Positions 26,179 to 35,762 of a stretch of 64,000 nucleotides of DNA are shown here, piece after piece; positions within the stretch are counted from its first letter, which is position 1; the number at the start of each line of letters is the position of its first letter. The notes below the pieces were generated by a model. It worked only from the letters and a program-made list of their open reading frames with translations, did no database searches and was not told the origin of the DNA. Source of the DNA: a virus; IMG/VR virus record IMGVR_UViG_3300021373_000005; one strand, 5' to 3'. A program made the translations under genes and the position numbers.

Positions 26179-26753
26179 ATTTAGTAAAAAGCACAGACCC
26201 AATCTTAAGAAAAGAATTAGCTGATGTTGATTTGAAGAATCCGGGATTCGACCCAAAAGAATTAAAAGAACAAATGACAGAGTTAATGGTTTCCAAAAGA
26301 GGTCTAGGTCTGTCTGCTTGTCAAGTTGGCCTTGACCATAAGTTGTTTATTATTGGAGAGAATAAAGAAAACTGCATGATGTTTATCAATCCTGAAGTTA
26401 TTTCAGTATCAGAAGAAACTGAATTGGACGTTGAAGGTTGTTTAAGTTTCCCAGATATGTTTATTCGATTAGCAAGGCCTAAACAAGTTGAAGCAAAATG
26501 GTATGATGAAGAACTCAAAGAACAGAGCGGTTCTTTTGAAGGTTATACCGCAAGATGTTTCTTACATGAATTTGACCACTTATATGGAGTTGTATATAAA
26601 GATAAAGTATCTCGACTCAAGTGGGATCGTGCAAGAACAAAGAAAGATAAAATTACAAAACAACGAAATAAGCTTATGGCATATTTACAATCTGCTCAAT
26701 CAACAATTAATCAAGTTGAGTTGAGAGGACAAGAAGTAGCTGCCGAGGATTAA
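26175..26753 (+). CDS. def: Peptide deformylase
   Basis: GLGLSACQVG, EGCLS, HEFDHL. Confidence 0.93.
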   Translation: MNLVKSTDPILRKELADVDLKNPGFDPKELKEQMTELMVSKRGLGLSACQVGLDHKLFIIGENKENCMMFINPEVISVSEETELDVEGCLSFPDMFIRLARPKQVEAKWYDEELKEQSGSFEGYTARCFLHEFDHLYGVVYKDKVSRLKWDRARTKKDKITKQRNKLMAYLQSAQSTINQVELRGQEVAAED

Positions 26754-26754
26754 T

Positions 26755-27816
26755 ATGAAGATTGCGATCGTTACCGATATTCACATCGGTGCTCGTGGTG
26801 ATAGTAAAGTATTCCACGAAGTCCAAAGAAAATTTTTTGAAGAAGTATTCTTTCCGTATATTGATGAACACAACATTACAACCGTGTTCGACCTTGGAGA
26901 TACATTTGATAGACGGAAATATATAAATTATGTATCTCTACAGAAAGGTAAAGAATTTCTATTTGACAATTTAGCAAAGCGTAATATAGATTTCCATGCT
27001 CTTATTGGAAACCATGATACCTATTACGTAAATAGTAATGAAGTCAATAGTATGAATCTTCTAACAAAGGAATATCCACAATTTAACTTGTATCAAGACA
27101 AAGCAAAACATCTTGAGATTGGTTCAACTAAATTCTGTATGCTTCCTTGGATTAATAAAGAAAATGCAGAAGAGAATCTAAAATTCGTATCTGAATCTGA
27201 TGCTCATATACTTATGGGTCATTTGGAAGTAAAAGGTTTCGAGATGATGAAAGGTGCTTTATGTACTCATGGACTTGATATGAATGTATTTAAGAATTTT
27301 GAATCTGCATACTCTGGACATTTTCACCATCCTTCAAGATATGGCAATGTCGAGTACCTTGGTGCACCATACGAAATGACTTGGTCTGATTACAAAGGTA
27401 GTCGAGGTTTCCATGTATTTGATACTGAAACTCGAGAGATGACAAAAATTGAAAATCCAAATCGTGTATTTTATAAAGTATTTTATGATGATGCTGAATG
27501 GACAGTTGATACTGTTGCACAATACGATGTTGACCAATATAAAGATACCTATGTTAAAGTAATTGTTCAAAATAGAACTAATGCTTATCTTTATGATATG
27601 TTTATGAGTCGTATGTCAGAATGCGGAGCAGTCGATGTTCGAGCAGTTGACGATCATATGAATTTGGATGCAGAAGGAGTTGAAGAGATTCTTGATGAGA
27701 CAAAAGATACAACAGAAATATTATCACAATACATTGACTCTCTTGAGACGAATGTCGATAAAGGCAAAGTAAAAAGTTTAGTTGATGAGTTATATCACGA
27801 GGCACTTAGTTTATAA
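26755..27816 (+). CDS. gp47: Recombination endonuclease subunit (Mre11/SbcD-like)
   Basis: TDIHIG, LGDTFD, IGNHD, GHLE, SGHFH, YLGAP. Confidence 0.95.
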   Translation: MKIAIVTDIHIGARGDSKVFHEVQRKFFEEVFFPYIDEHNITTVFDLGDTFDRRKYINYVSLQKGKEFLFDNLAKRNIDFHALIGNHDTYYVNSNEVNSMNLLTKEYPQFNLYQDKAKHLEIGSTKFCMLPWINKENAEENLKFVSESDAHILMGHLEVKGFEMMKGALCTHGLDMNVFKNFESAYSGHFHHPSRYGNVEYLGAPYEMTWSDYKGSRGFHVFDTETREMTKIENPNRVFYKVFYDDAEWTVDTVAQYDVDQYKDTYVKVIVQNRTNAYLYDMFMSRMSECGAVDVRAVDDHMNLDAEGVEEILDETKDTTEILSQYIDSLETNVDKGKVKSLVDELYHEALSL

Positions 27817-29528
27817 TGCGAATTAATTTTGAGAAGGTAAAATATAAAAACATATTATCCACAGGAAATGTATATACAACTATTGAACTAAATCAAGTAC
27901 CTAGTACATTAATTGCTGGGTCAAACGGTTCAGGTAAATCCACATTGCTTGATGCAATTGTATTTGGGTTATACGGTCGACCTTTCCGTAATATCAATAA
28001 AGCACAGCTTGTTAACTCTATTAATAATAAAGAACTTGTTGTAGAATTATATTTTAATGCTGGCGGTGATAAGTATATGATTCGTCGTGGTATTAAACCA
28101 AACATCTTTGAAATTTGGAAAAACGGAGCAATGATAAATCAAGACGCATCAGTTCGTGATTATCAAGAGTTCCTTGAATCTAATATTCTAGGTATTAACT
28201 TTAAAGCTTTTAATCAAATTGTAGTACTTGGTTCTGCTACTTATATTCCTTTTATGGAATTGCGTGCATATCAACGTCGTGAGATTATTGAAGACTTGCT
28301 TGATATTGGTGTGTTCTCTGTTATGGGTACATTAGCAAAAGATCGTATGTCAAGTATTAAGACTGAAATCAATGACAACAAATATGAGATTGAGATTACA
28401 GAAAACAATATGCAAGCAGCTGAAGAGAACAACGAAGAGATTCGTAAACTTAAAACAGTTGAGGTTGATAAGATTAAAGAAAAGATGTCTGGTCATATTG
28501 ATGATATTGAAGAAAAGAATACTCGCATTGATACTCAAGATGAAATACTTAAAGTACTATACGATGATATATCTGATAAACCTGATGAGAAACAAAAATT
28601 CCAAGATGCCACAGAACAAAGAGCAGAGCTTGAAAGAAATCGTATTGCGTTTGATAAGGAACTATCCTTTTACGAACACAACGATGATTGTCCAACTTGT
28701 AAGCAAGGTATTGCTCATGATTTCAAAGAAGGTCAGATTATAGAAAAGAATCAAAAGAAAGCTCAAATTGAAACAAGTCTTCAAACAACAGATATAGTCA
28801 TTAGGAAACACCAAGAAAGACTAAATGCAATTTCAAAAATTGAAGACCAAATCCAAGAAATCAATTTCAAGATATCTGAAATCCGAGCTGAGATTAAAAT
28901 GTCGAAGAACGCGTTGATTACATACAAGAAAGACTTAGACAATGCTCAGAAAGAGGTTGATGAAGTTGATACAAGTAAGATTGATAATCTACAGAAGAAA
29001 CTAAATAAGCAAGTAGAGATACGAACAAAGCTACTCGATGAACATGAAGTATTGAATATTGTGCAAACCATTTTAAGAGATGGTGGTATCAAAGCTAAGA
29101 TCATATCTCAGTACATTCCTGTTATTAATAAACTCATCAACAAGTATCTTGCAGCATTTGACTTATTTGTTGACTTTCAATTGGATGAAGAGTTCAATGA
29201 AGTTATTCGTTCAAGGTTCAGAGACAAATTTACTTATGCTAGTTTTTCCGAAGGTGAGAAACTACGTATCACATTATCAATTATGTTGGCATGGAGGTCT
29301 GTTGCGAAACTTCGTTCTTCCGTATCCACTAACTTATTGATACTTGATGAAACTCTTGACGGCGCTTTAGATGGCGTAGGTATTGAGAGTTTAATTGAAA
29401 CACTACATGGATTGAATTCCGATGACAATATCTTTGTGATATCACATCGTGGAGACCAATTTGCTGAAAAGTTTGAAAACAACCTTAAGTTTGAGAAAAT
29501 CAAGAACTTCTCGGAGCTCGCAGCATAA
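27816..29528 (+). CDS. gp46: Recombination ATPase subunit (Rad50/SbcC-like)
   Basis: GSNGSGKST, CPTC zinc hook, FSEGEK signature, LILDE, VISH. Confidence 0.95.
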   Translation: MRINFEKVKYKNILSTGNVYTTIELNQVPSTLIAGSNGSGKSTLLDAIVFGLYGRPFRNINKAQLVNSINNKELVVELYFNAGGDKYMIRRGIKPNIFEIWKNGAMINQDASVRDYQEFLESNILGINFKAFNQIVVLGSATYIPFMELRAYQRREIIEDLLDIGVFSVMGTLAKDRMSSIKTEINDNKYEIEITENNMQAAEENNEEIRKLKTVEVDKIKEKMSGHIDDIEEKNTRIDTQDEILKVLYDDISDKPDEKQKFQDATEQRAELERNRIAFDKELSFYEHNDDCPTCKQGIAHDFKEGQIIEKNQKKAQIETSLQTTDIVIRKHQERLNAISKIEDQIQEINFKISEIRAEIKMSKNALITYKKDLDNAQKEVDEVDTSKIDNLQKKLNKQVEIRTKLLDEHEVLNIVQTILRDGGIKAKIISQYIPVINKLINKYLAAFDLFVDFQLDEEFNEVIRSRFRDKFTYASFSEGEKLRITLSIMLAWRSVAKLRSSVSTNLLILDETLDGALDGVGIESLIETLHGLNSDDNIFVISHRGDQFAEKFENNLKFEKIKNFSELAA

Positions 29529-29533
29529 ACCTA

Positions 29534-29562
29534 TTGACATTCTCTGTCAATTAGTGTATAAT
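29534..29562 (+). promoter_or_regulatory. Sigma70-type early promoter for gp43, containing a TTGACA-N5-TGTCAA palindrome
   Basis: CTATTGACA-17 nt-TATAAT. Confidence 0.8.
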
Positions 29563-29588
29563 GGTTATCTAAATTTACAAAAAGGCTT

Positions 29589-32147
29589 ATGGCATTGACA
29601 AAATTCTATACATCCGTTGAAAGGTATGGTAATAATATCTTACATCGTGGTTATGAAAACGGCAAACGTTTTTCGTATCGCGTACCTTTTCAACCAACTC
29701 TATATGTTCATACTCCGAAAGCTGGAGAAGAAGGTTATCGTTCTTTAGAAGGTGACCTGCCTGTATCTCCACACAAGTTTGGTGATATGCGTGAAGCAAA
29801 GAACTTCATTGAAGAATATAAAGGTGTTCATGGTATGAAGACCTTCGGTTCAACAAACTATGTTACTCAATTTATTCAAGAAGAATATCCTGACAAGATT
29901 ACATATGATGTAAGTCATGTGAATATTGTTTCATTTGATATTGAGGTTGACATCAGCGACGGTTATGCCAATATGGAAACGGCTGATAAACCTATTACTT
30001 CAATTGCTTATCATAGTTCAAGAAATGATACCTATTATGTACTTGGTCGTAAAGATTACGACAAGACAAAAACTGTAACTGATATTCCACACGACAAGAT
30101 TGAGTTTGTATTATTTGATGGAGTTGATGGTGAACGTGCTTTACTTCAATACTTTATGAAATTATGGACTAACGATTATCCAGATATCGTAACAGGTTGG
30201 AACGTTGAGTACTTTGATATTCAATACATCGTAACTCGTATCATAGCATTACTTGGAGAAGATACTGCAAGACGGTTATCTCCACATAAATCAATCAAAC
30301 AAAGATCCCGTGAAATCTTTGGTAAAGTCAATTCAACATATTCTATTATGGGTGTTGCTGTTATTGACTACATGGATTGCTTCAAGAAATTTGGTTATAA
30401 GTATGGTCCTCAAGAATCATATCGACTTGACCATATTGCTTATGTTGTCCTTGGTGAAAAGAAAATTGATTACTCTGAATATGGTTCGCTGACTGGATTG
30501 TGGGAAGAGAATCCACAATTATATTTGGACTATAACCTTAAAGATACTCAATTGATTGCTCGTCTTGAAGAAGAGACAGGATTGCTTGCTTTGGTTATGA
30601 CTGTTGCTTATGATGGTGGAGTTAATTATGGAGATGCTTTCGGAACGGTAGGTATTTGGGAATCAACCATTTATCGTAAACTGATGAAAGATAAAATTGT
30701 TCCTCCACTTAAAGGTAGTCCTGGTCAAAGAGCAGGAGATCTTGTAGGTGGTTATGTAAAAGATCCTAAAGTCGGAATGCATCCTTGGGTTGTATCATTT
30801 GACCTTAACTCTCTATATCCTCACTTGATGCTACAATATAATATGTCACCTGAAACATATATGCCTGATGACCGAGAATATGTAACTCAAGATATGGTTC
30901 TGAAAGGTGAATATCAAAATGATCGTCCAAATGTATCAGTTGCTGCCAACGGTGTTTGTTTCTCAAATAAGAAACTTGGAATCATTCCTGAAATCATTGA
31001 TGAATATTATAATAACCGTTCAGTTATCAAAAAGCAAATGATTGCTGCTGAACAACAGTTTGAGATTGAAAAAGATCCTGCTGAACTGAAAAGACTGAAA
31101 CGCGAAATCAATCAACTTCACAATTCACAAATGTCAATTAAGATTGCCATGAACAGTTTGTATGGTGCAACTGCTAACGTATATTTCTTATACTATATTA
31201 ACGAAATGGCAGAAGCAATTACAACTTCAGGTCAGTTAAGTATTCGTTATGCTCAAAAATCTGTAAACGATTATTTGAATAAAGTTCTTGGAACCGATGA
31301 TGTTGACTATATCATTTATATTGATACTGACTCTATCTATGTTGACTTTGGTCCTTTGATTACTGAAGTGTTCGGTACAACTGATATTGATAAAGACAAA
31401 GGTGAAGAGTTCCTTGACCGAGTATGTTCAACAAAGATTGAGCAAATCATTGAAGATGGTTACGAAAAGCTTGCCGCTGATTTAGGTACTTATCGTAATG
31501 CAATGGTAATGAAACGTGAAAAGATTGCTCACCGTGGAATTTTTGTTGCTAAGAAAAGATATATACTGAATACATTGAACTCTGAAGGAGTTCATTATGA
31601 TACTCCAAAGATATCAGTAACAGGTTTGGAATCAGTAAGATCCTCAACTCCTGAAATCTGTCGAGAGAAACTCAAGAAATGTTTTGAAGTTATTATGAAT
31701 ACTGACGAAGAAACAACTCAAGAGTTTATCAAAGATTTCAAAGAAGAATTTAAAAAGTTGGATCCGATTGCTATCGCAAAGACTTCAGGTGTATCTGAAC
31801 TTAAAAAGTATCAAGAGAAAGGATCCATATATAAGAAAGGTACTCCGATGCATGTTCGTGGTTCCTTGATGTATAATCATTTCTTAAAGGAAAAAGGACT
31901 TGATAAGAAATTTGAAACTATCCAAGGTGGAGATAAAGTCAAGCTACTTTATTTAAAGGTACCAAATCCTATTCGAGAAAACGCAATCTCGGTTCCTGGG
32001 TTATTGCCTAAACAACTTGGATTACATGAATATATTGATACTGAACTTCAGTTTGATAAAGTATTCTTAAATCCTATTCAATCAATCCTAGATGCGGTTG
32101 GTTGGTCAGCTGAACGAGTAAATACGATTGAAGATTTTTTCAGCTAA
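29589..32147 (+). CDS. gp43: Family B DNA polymerase
   Basis: FDIE, GWNVEYFD, SFDLNSLYP, KIAMNSLYG, YIDTDS, KKRY; no intron or intein seen. Confidence 0.97.
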   Translation: MALTKFYTSVERYGNNILHRGYENGKRFSYRVPFQPTLYVHTPKAGEEGYRSLEGDLPVSPHKFGDMREAKNFIEEYKGVHGMKTFGSTNYVTQFIQEEYPDKITYDVSHVNIVSFDIEVDISDGYANMETADKPITSIAYHSSRNDTYYVLGRKDYDKTKTVTDIPHDKIEFVLFDGVDGERALLQYFMKLWTNDYPDIVTGWNVEYFDIQYIVTRIIALLGEDTARRLSPHKSIKQRSREIFGKVNSTYSIMGVAVIDYMDCFKKFGYKYGPQESYRLDHIAYVVLGEKKIDYSEYGSLTGLWEENPQLYLDYNLKDTQLIARLEEETGLLALVMTVAYDGGVNYGDAFGTVGIWESTIYRKLMKDKIVPPLKGSPGQRAGDLVGGYVKDPKVGMHPWVVSFDLNSLYPHLMLQYNMSPETYMPDDREYVTQDMVLKGEYQNDRPNVSVAANGVCFSNKKLGIIPEIIDEYYNNRSVIKKQMIAAEQQFEIEKDPAELKRLKREINQLHNSQMSIKIAMNSLYGATANVYFLYYINEMAEAITTSGQLSIRYAQKSVNDYLNKVLGTDDVDYIIYIDTDSIYVDFGPLITEVFGTTDIDKDKGEEFLDRVCSTKIEQIIEDGYEKLAADLGTYRNAMVMKREKIAHRGIFVAKKRYILNTLNSEGVHYDTPKISVTGLESVRSSTPEICREKLKKCFEVIMNTDEETTQEFIKDFKEEFKKLDPIAIAKTSGVSELKKYQEKGSIYKKGTPMHVRGSLMYNHFLKEKGLDKKFETIQGGDKVKLLYLKVPNPIRENAISVPGLLPKQLGLHEYIDTELQFDKVFLNPIQSILDAVGWSAERVNTIEDFFS

Positions 32148-32151
32148 ACTA

Positions 32152-32180
32152 TTGACATTTATATTAAAGTGTGATATAAT
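32152..32180 (+). promoter_or_regulatory. Sigma70-type early promoter
   Basis: AACTATTGACA-17 nt-TATAAT. Confidence 0.8.
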
Positions 32181-32204
32181 AAACAACACTAAAGGAGAAT
32201 TGCT

Positions 32205-32495
32205 ATGAGCGATGTACAAATTGTAAGACTATCAACCGGAGAAGAGGTTGTAGCAAAAGTGGTATATGATAAAGGTTTCTATACATTAACAGATGGAATC
32301 TTGTTAGTACCAGCAGGTGAAGGTAAAATTGGAATGGTTCCTTTCGTACCTTACGCAAAAAGAAAACCAGTATCTATTGGTGAACAACATGTGATGTTTG
32401 TTGTAGAACCTGCAGATGAATTAAAGAAACAAGTTATAGAAGCAACATCAGGAATCGCACTACCTGACAGTCAAGGAGGACTGAAGTTAGTATGA
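32205..32495 (+). CDS. Hypothetical protein (Sm-like phage family, tentative)
   Basis: IVRLSTGEEVVA...P; AAGGAG RBS. Confidence 0.7.
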   Translation: MSDVQIVRLSTGEEVVAKVVYDKGFYTLTDGILLVPAGEGKIGMVPFVPYAKRKPVSIGEQHVMFVVEPADELKKQVIEATSGIALPDSQGGLKLV

Positions 32496-32707
32496 TAAAA
32501 ATTTACGGTAAAGACAATTGTGCATACTGTAATATGGCAAAACAGCTATGCGAATCAAAAGGACTTGATTACGAATACTTAATGCTTGATGAAGATTACA
32601 AGCAAGAAGAATTTTTTGAAACTTTTCCCGGTGCAAGAACCTTTCCTCAAATTCAAAAGGATGGAGAAAACATCGGTGGCTTTATGGAATTAAGAGAATT
32701 ATTATGA
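32492..32707 (+). CDS. nrdC: Glutaredoxin
   Basis: CAYC active site, RTFPQI, IGGF. Confidence 0.88.
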   Translation: MIKIYGKDNCAYCNMAKQLCESKGLDYEYLMLDEDYKQEEFFETFPGARTFPQIQKDGENIGGFMELRELL

Positions 32708-33123
32708 GTAAAGATTGGGTTAAAGATATACAAGATATGCAAACCAAATATCAGACAAGAGATTGGGTTGCGAATAACGCAAATGACATTAACAAATTAA
32801 AAGCGTTTTTGAGATTTAGAATTGATTTCTTGGAAGAGGAATTAACTGAAACTCGAAATGCGCAAAAAGTTATCGACTCCGAAGAAATCGTAGATGGTTT
32901 AGTTGACCTTTGTGTAGTGGCAATCGGTACTCTTGATGCCTTCGGAGTCGACCCTTATAAAGCTTGGGACGCAGTTCTCGAAGCAAACATGGCAAAAGAA
33001 GTAGGTGTAAAGGAAGGAAGGCCAAATCCACTTGGTGTACCTGACTTAATGAAACCAGAAGGATGGACGGCTCCATCTCATGAAGGAAATCATGGAGTCC
33101 TACCAACATTAAAAGGAGAATAA
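32704..33123 (+). CDS. MazG/PRA-PH-like all-alpha NTP pyrophosphatase
   Basis: LEEELTE, EEIVDGLVDL.VV..GT, V.EANM.K...KPEGW..P. Confidence 0.8.
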   Translation: MSKDWVKDIQDMQTKYQTRDWVANNANDINKLKAFLRFRIDFLEEELTETRNAQKVIDSEEIVDGLVDLCVVAIGTLDAFGVDPYKAWDAVLEANMAKEVGVKEGRPNPLGVPDLMKPEGWTAPSHEGNHGVLPTLKGE

Positions 33124-33124
33124 T

Positions 33125-33352
33125 ATGGCTATGAGTGAATTATTAGTAAATGCGTTAATCGCAAAGTATGAAGGACAGATTGCTGAACATTCAGCAAACA
33201 TTGCTGTCTTTTTGGAAAATGGAGTTGGAGTAGCAGAACATCCTGGTACGGTTGAAACTCTTGATGCAGAAGTGGCAAAACTTGCTGAGGCTGAAGATAA
33301 ATTACAGTCAATTAGGCAGTTTGCTCTACCTGTTCCACCAAAAGTTGTATAA
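33125..33352 (+). CDS. Hypothetical protein
   Basis: AL...YEG.I....ANI...L.N.VGVAEHP pattern; AAGGAG RBS. Confidence 0.7.
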   Translation: MAMSELLVNALIAKYEGQIAEHSANIAVFLENGVGVAEHPGTVETLDAEVAKLAEAEDKLQSIRQFALPVPPKVV

Positions 33353-33378
33353 ATTTCAACTCTTTATAGTTTTCTTTG

Positions 33379-33386
33379 TATAAATA
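33379..33386 (+). promoter_or_regulatory. T4-type late promoter TATAAATA
   Basis: Exact match upstream of 33451. Confidence 0.55.
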
Positions 33387-33389
33387 ATT

Positions 33390-33428
33390 GTAACACAAAT
33401 GTAACATTTTTGTTTCATTAGTGTAACA
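33390..33428 (+). repeat. Four direct repeats at exact 11-bp period (GTAACA, GTAACA, GTTTCA, GTAACA)
   Basis: Repeats start at 33390, 33401, 33412 and 33423. Confidence 0.7.
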
Positions 33429-33450
33429 TAAACAAACAAGGAGAACGCCA

Positions 33451-33795
33451 ATGATAAAGGTAGCAACTTTATCAGTAATGTTTAGCCTGTTGTTCTCTAC
33501 TGCCGCGATGGCAGCAGACCACATCTCGCAAAAATCTATACAAGATATAAACATTACTGAGACAGGAAAAATATTTTTCCATACAAAAACAGATATATTT
33601 GGAGGAGAATTCATCCAACATTGTCCAGTAAAGAAGTATATAGATAAAACTATAAACTCCGAATCCGATAACTTAGGACTCTACGCTCACGGTGTTAGAA
33701 TTCGAGAAGGAACAAGAATTTCCTTTTTAGATGCAGGAACCCGAAACAAAAGTATGGGATCTTGTAAAATCCAAAACTTGGAGAGACTCGGATGA
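33451..33795 (+). CDS. Secreted hypothetical protein
   Basis: Signal peptide MIKVATLSVMFSLLFSTAAMA; AAGGAG RBS; two Cys. Confidence 0.7.
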   Translation: MIKVATLSVMFSLLFSTAAMAADHISQKSIQDINITETGKIFFHTKTDIFGGEFIQHCPVKKYIDKTINSESDNLGLYAHGVRIREGTRISFLDAGTRNKSMGSCKIQNLERLG

Positions 33796-33863
33796 AATAC
33801 TTACATAAATTGATGAAATCCAGCAGAATACAAAATGTTTGGAGAGTAATCTTAAAATAACTA

Positions 33864-33892
33864 TTGACATTTCGTAGGAAGTATAGTATAAT
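33864..33892 (+). promoter_or_regulatory. Sigma70-type early promoter
   Basis: AACTATTGACA-17 nt-TATAAT. Confidence 0.8.
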
Positions 33893-33922
33893 ATATCTAT
33901 AAATTGAAATAGACTTTATATT

Positions 33923-34429
33923 ATGCAAACAGAAATGTTTAACGAAGACCTGTCGGTAGATGGGTCTTTATTAAAAGAACATCTAAGTAAGATGATATTC
34001 ATCGGCACGTTAAAAATAGACGGAGAGCAGCTTGAGTATCAAAAATCACCAAACATTCAACGCAAAGAACTAAATGAAGATTTAGTATATTATATGGTGT
34101 GTAAAGGTCAATTAATGAAAATTGGCATAGCAGGCGGTATGATGGGTTGGAATGGTCGTGTAGGAATGTACCGAAAAGGTATTCTTAACGGCAAAGGTGA
34201 TGGAACAAATCACAGAATCTTTCGTATTATGAAAGAACGCGGATTAACCAAAGAACTTATTTACGTATTTGGAATCTATACACCTCCACAGGTTGTTGAT
34301 GTAATATGTCCTATGAATGGAAAAGTTATGCAGCAAGAAGTTCAAATACATCGTAATATAGAAAGGTCTTTAACCGCAGAGTTTTTATCAGAAGGTTATG
34401 AGTTACCTTTCAGTAAGCAATTAAATTAA
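33923..34429 (+). CDS. denA: GIY-YIG nuclease resembling T4 endonuclease II
   Basis: LVYYMVCKGQLMKIG, R...YR, DGT..RI, IE...F and PF..Q line up by eye with T4 EndoII (VIYAIAINDELVYIG, RINYYR, DST, EE.LF, PWN.Q). Confidence 0.55.
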   Translation: MQTEMFNEDLSVDGSLLKEHLSKMIFIGTLKIDGEQLEYQKSPNIQRKELNEDLVYYMVCKGQLMKIGIAGGMMGWNGRVGMYRKGILNGKGDGTNHRIFRIMKERGLTKELIYVFGIYTPPQVVDVICPMNGKVMQQEVQIHRNIERSLTAEFLSEGYELPFSKQLN

Positions 34430-34434
34430 AACTA

Positions 34435-34463
34435 TTGACATTGTACACAAAATAATTTATAAT
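34435..34463 (+). promoter_or_regulatory. Sigma70-type early promoter
   Basis: AACTATTGACA-17 nt-TATAAT. Confidence 0.8.
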
Positions 34464-34483
34464 AGTACTTTACATTATGGAGA

Positions 34484-34834
34484 TTGCCTATGAGCAAACA
34501 AACAAACCCAGTTTCGGTTGATGTACTACAAGAGTGCGTTGACCTTCAGTTGAAAAAGTCTCGCGATTATCAGAATCCGAACTCAACTGTTCAACAAGCC
34601 GACTACTATCCTAACGGTATTACAACCATTCATGATATTATGCATGCAAAAATGCTTCGTATGAAATCTGTTATGGAAGCAATGCAGTCGGATGATTATG
34701 ATCCTAACTTTGAATCCCTTGAAGATTCAGCAAAAGATTTAATTAACTATTCAAGTTTCTTTGTCTCTTACTGTCGTAAAGGTATTAAAGGTCAAGATCC
34801 AACTAAAGATGTATTTAATAGGAGTACTAAATAA
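34484..34834 (+). CDS. Nucleotide-modification-associated all-alpha protein (Nmad1/DUF1599-like)
   Basis: ECVDLQLKKSRDY, K..R..S, SLEDSAKDLINY. Confidence 0.6.
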   Translation: MPMSKQTNPVSVDVLQECVDLQLKKSRDYQNPNSTVQQADYYPNGITTIHDIMHAKMLRMKSVMEAMQSDDYDPNFESLEDSAKDLINYSSFFVSYCRKGIKGQDPTKDVFNRSTK

Positions 34835-35088
34835 TGAGTAATGTGATATTACCGTCAAGTGACGAAGACAAGAAAAGAATCCGTGGCTGCATGGAAGAAA
34901 TGAGCAATTCATTTACAAGAATGGAATCAGAACGTGATTTTCAAAAAGAAGCAATTAATGCTTTGGCTGAAGAAGTACAGATTCCAAAATCAATCCTAAG
35001 GAAAACCGCAAGAGCTTTCCATAATCAAAATGTTTCAGATCTCGTTGCTGAAGTATCGGATATTGAAGCGTTAATGGAAACAATTTAA
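34834..35088 (+). CDS. DsbA-like dsDNA-binding protein
   Basis: Helical pattern E.S....ESERD..KEAI..L.EE..IPK..LRK.AR..H. Confidence 0.55.
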   Translation: MSNVILPSSDEDKKRIRGCMEEMSNSFTRMESERDFQKEAINALAEEVQIPKSILRKTARAFHNQNVSDLVAEVSDIEALMETI

Positions 35089-35762
35089 TGGACAGAGTTT
35101 CTAATATTCAACAAACCATCATTGACAAATATCTCAGTGAAGATTTTGTCATTGACAAGACAGGTGTAAAAACTGTTGAAATTATTGGTGCAACATTTAT
35201 TGCTGATAGAGATTATGTCATTCGTAAACCTGCGTATGAATATATCCAACGCGAATTAGAATGGTATAAATCACAATCATTATATGTTGATGATATTCCT
35301 GGTGGTGCTCCACAAATTTGGAAAGATGTCTCATCTGACGAAGGTAAGATTAATTCAAATTATGGTTGGTGCATTTACTCTGAAGAGAATGGTAATCAAT
35401 ACAAACATGTTCAGCGTGAATTGAGAAACAATCCAAACTCTCGTAGAGCAACAATGATTTATAATCGACCAAGTATGCATTTGGATTACAACCGAGATGG
35501 TATGTCTGACTTTATGTGTACCTATGCAAATACTTTTTATATTCGCGATGGTAAACTTGACTCACATTACCTAATGCGTTCTAACGACGCAGTCTTTGGT
35601 TATAATAATGATTATGCTTGGGCAAGATATGTTCAGAATCAACTTGCTGAAGATCTTGGTATTGAAGTTGGTAATCTGATTTGGACAGCATCAAACTTCC
35701 ATGTATATGAAAGACATTTCAACTTTATTGAGGAATTAATTGATGGACTCAAAGTGGGATAA
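35088..35762 (+). CDS. gp42: dCMP hydroxymethylase (thymidylate synthase fold)
   Basis: INSNYGW, SRRATMIY.RPSM, MSDFMCT catalytic Cys, MRSND..FG..NDY with Asp at the TS Asn177 position (cytosine specificity), HVYERHF. Confidence 0.88.
   Translation: MDRVSNIQQTIIDKYLSEDFVIDKTGVKTVEIIGATFIADRDYVIRKPAYEYIQRELEWYKSQSLYVDDIPGGAPQIWKDVSSDEGKINSNYGWCIYSEENGNQYKHVQRELRNNPNSRRATMIYNRPSMHLDYNRDGMSDFMCTYANTFYIRDGKLDSHYLMRSNDAVFGYNNDYAWARYVQNQLAEDLGIEVGNLIWTASNFHVYERHFNFIEELIDGLKVG

Noticed and set aside
29589-32147. Intron or intein in DNA polymerase (also checked gp41, topoisomerase, gp46)
   Set aside because: ORFs are continuous and of normal length, with no intein or LAGLIDADG/HNH motifs seen
33923-34429. 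Free-standing homing endonuclease (mobile element)
   Set aside because: Short, lacks a C-terminal DNA-binding extension and resembles EndoII; not fully excluded without a search
35088-35762. Ordinary thymidylate synthase
   Set aside because: Has Asp rather than Asn at the specificity position and gp42-like MSDFMCT and MRSND..FG motifs; short length fits dCMP hydroxymethylase
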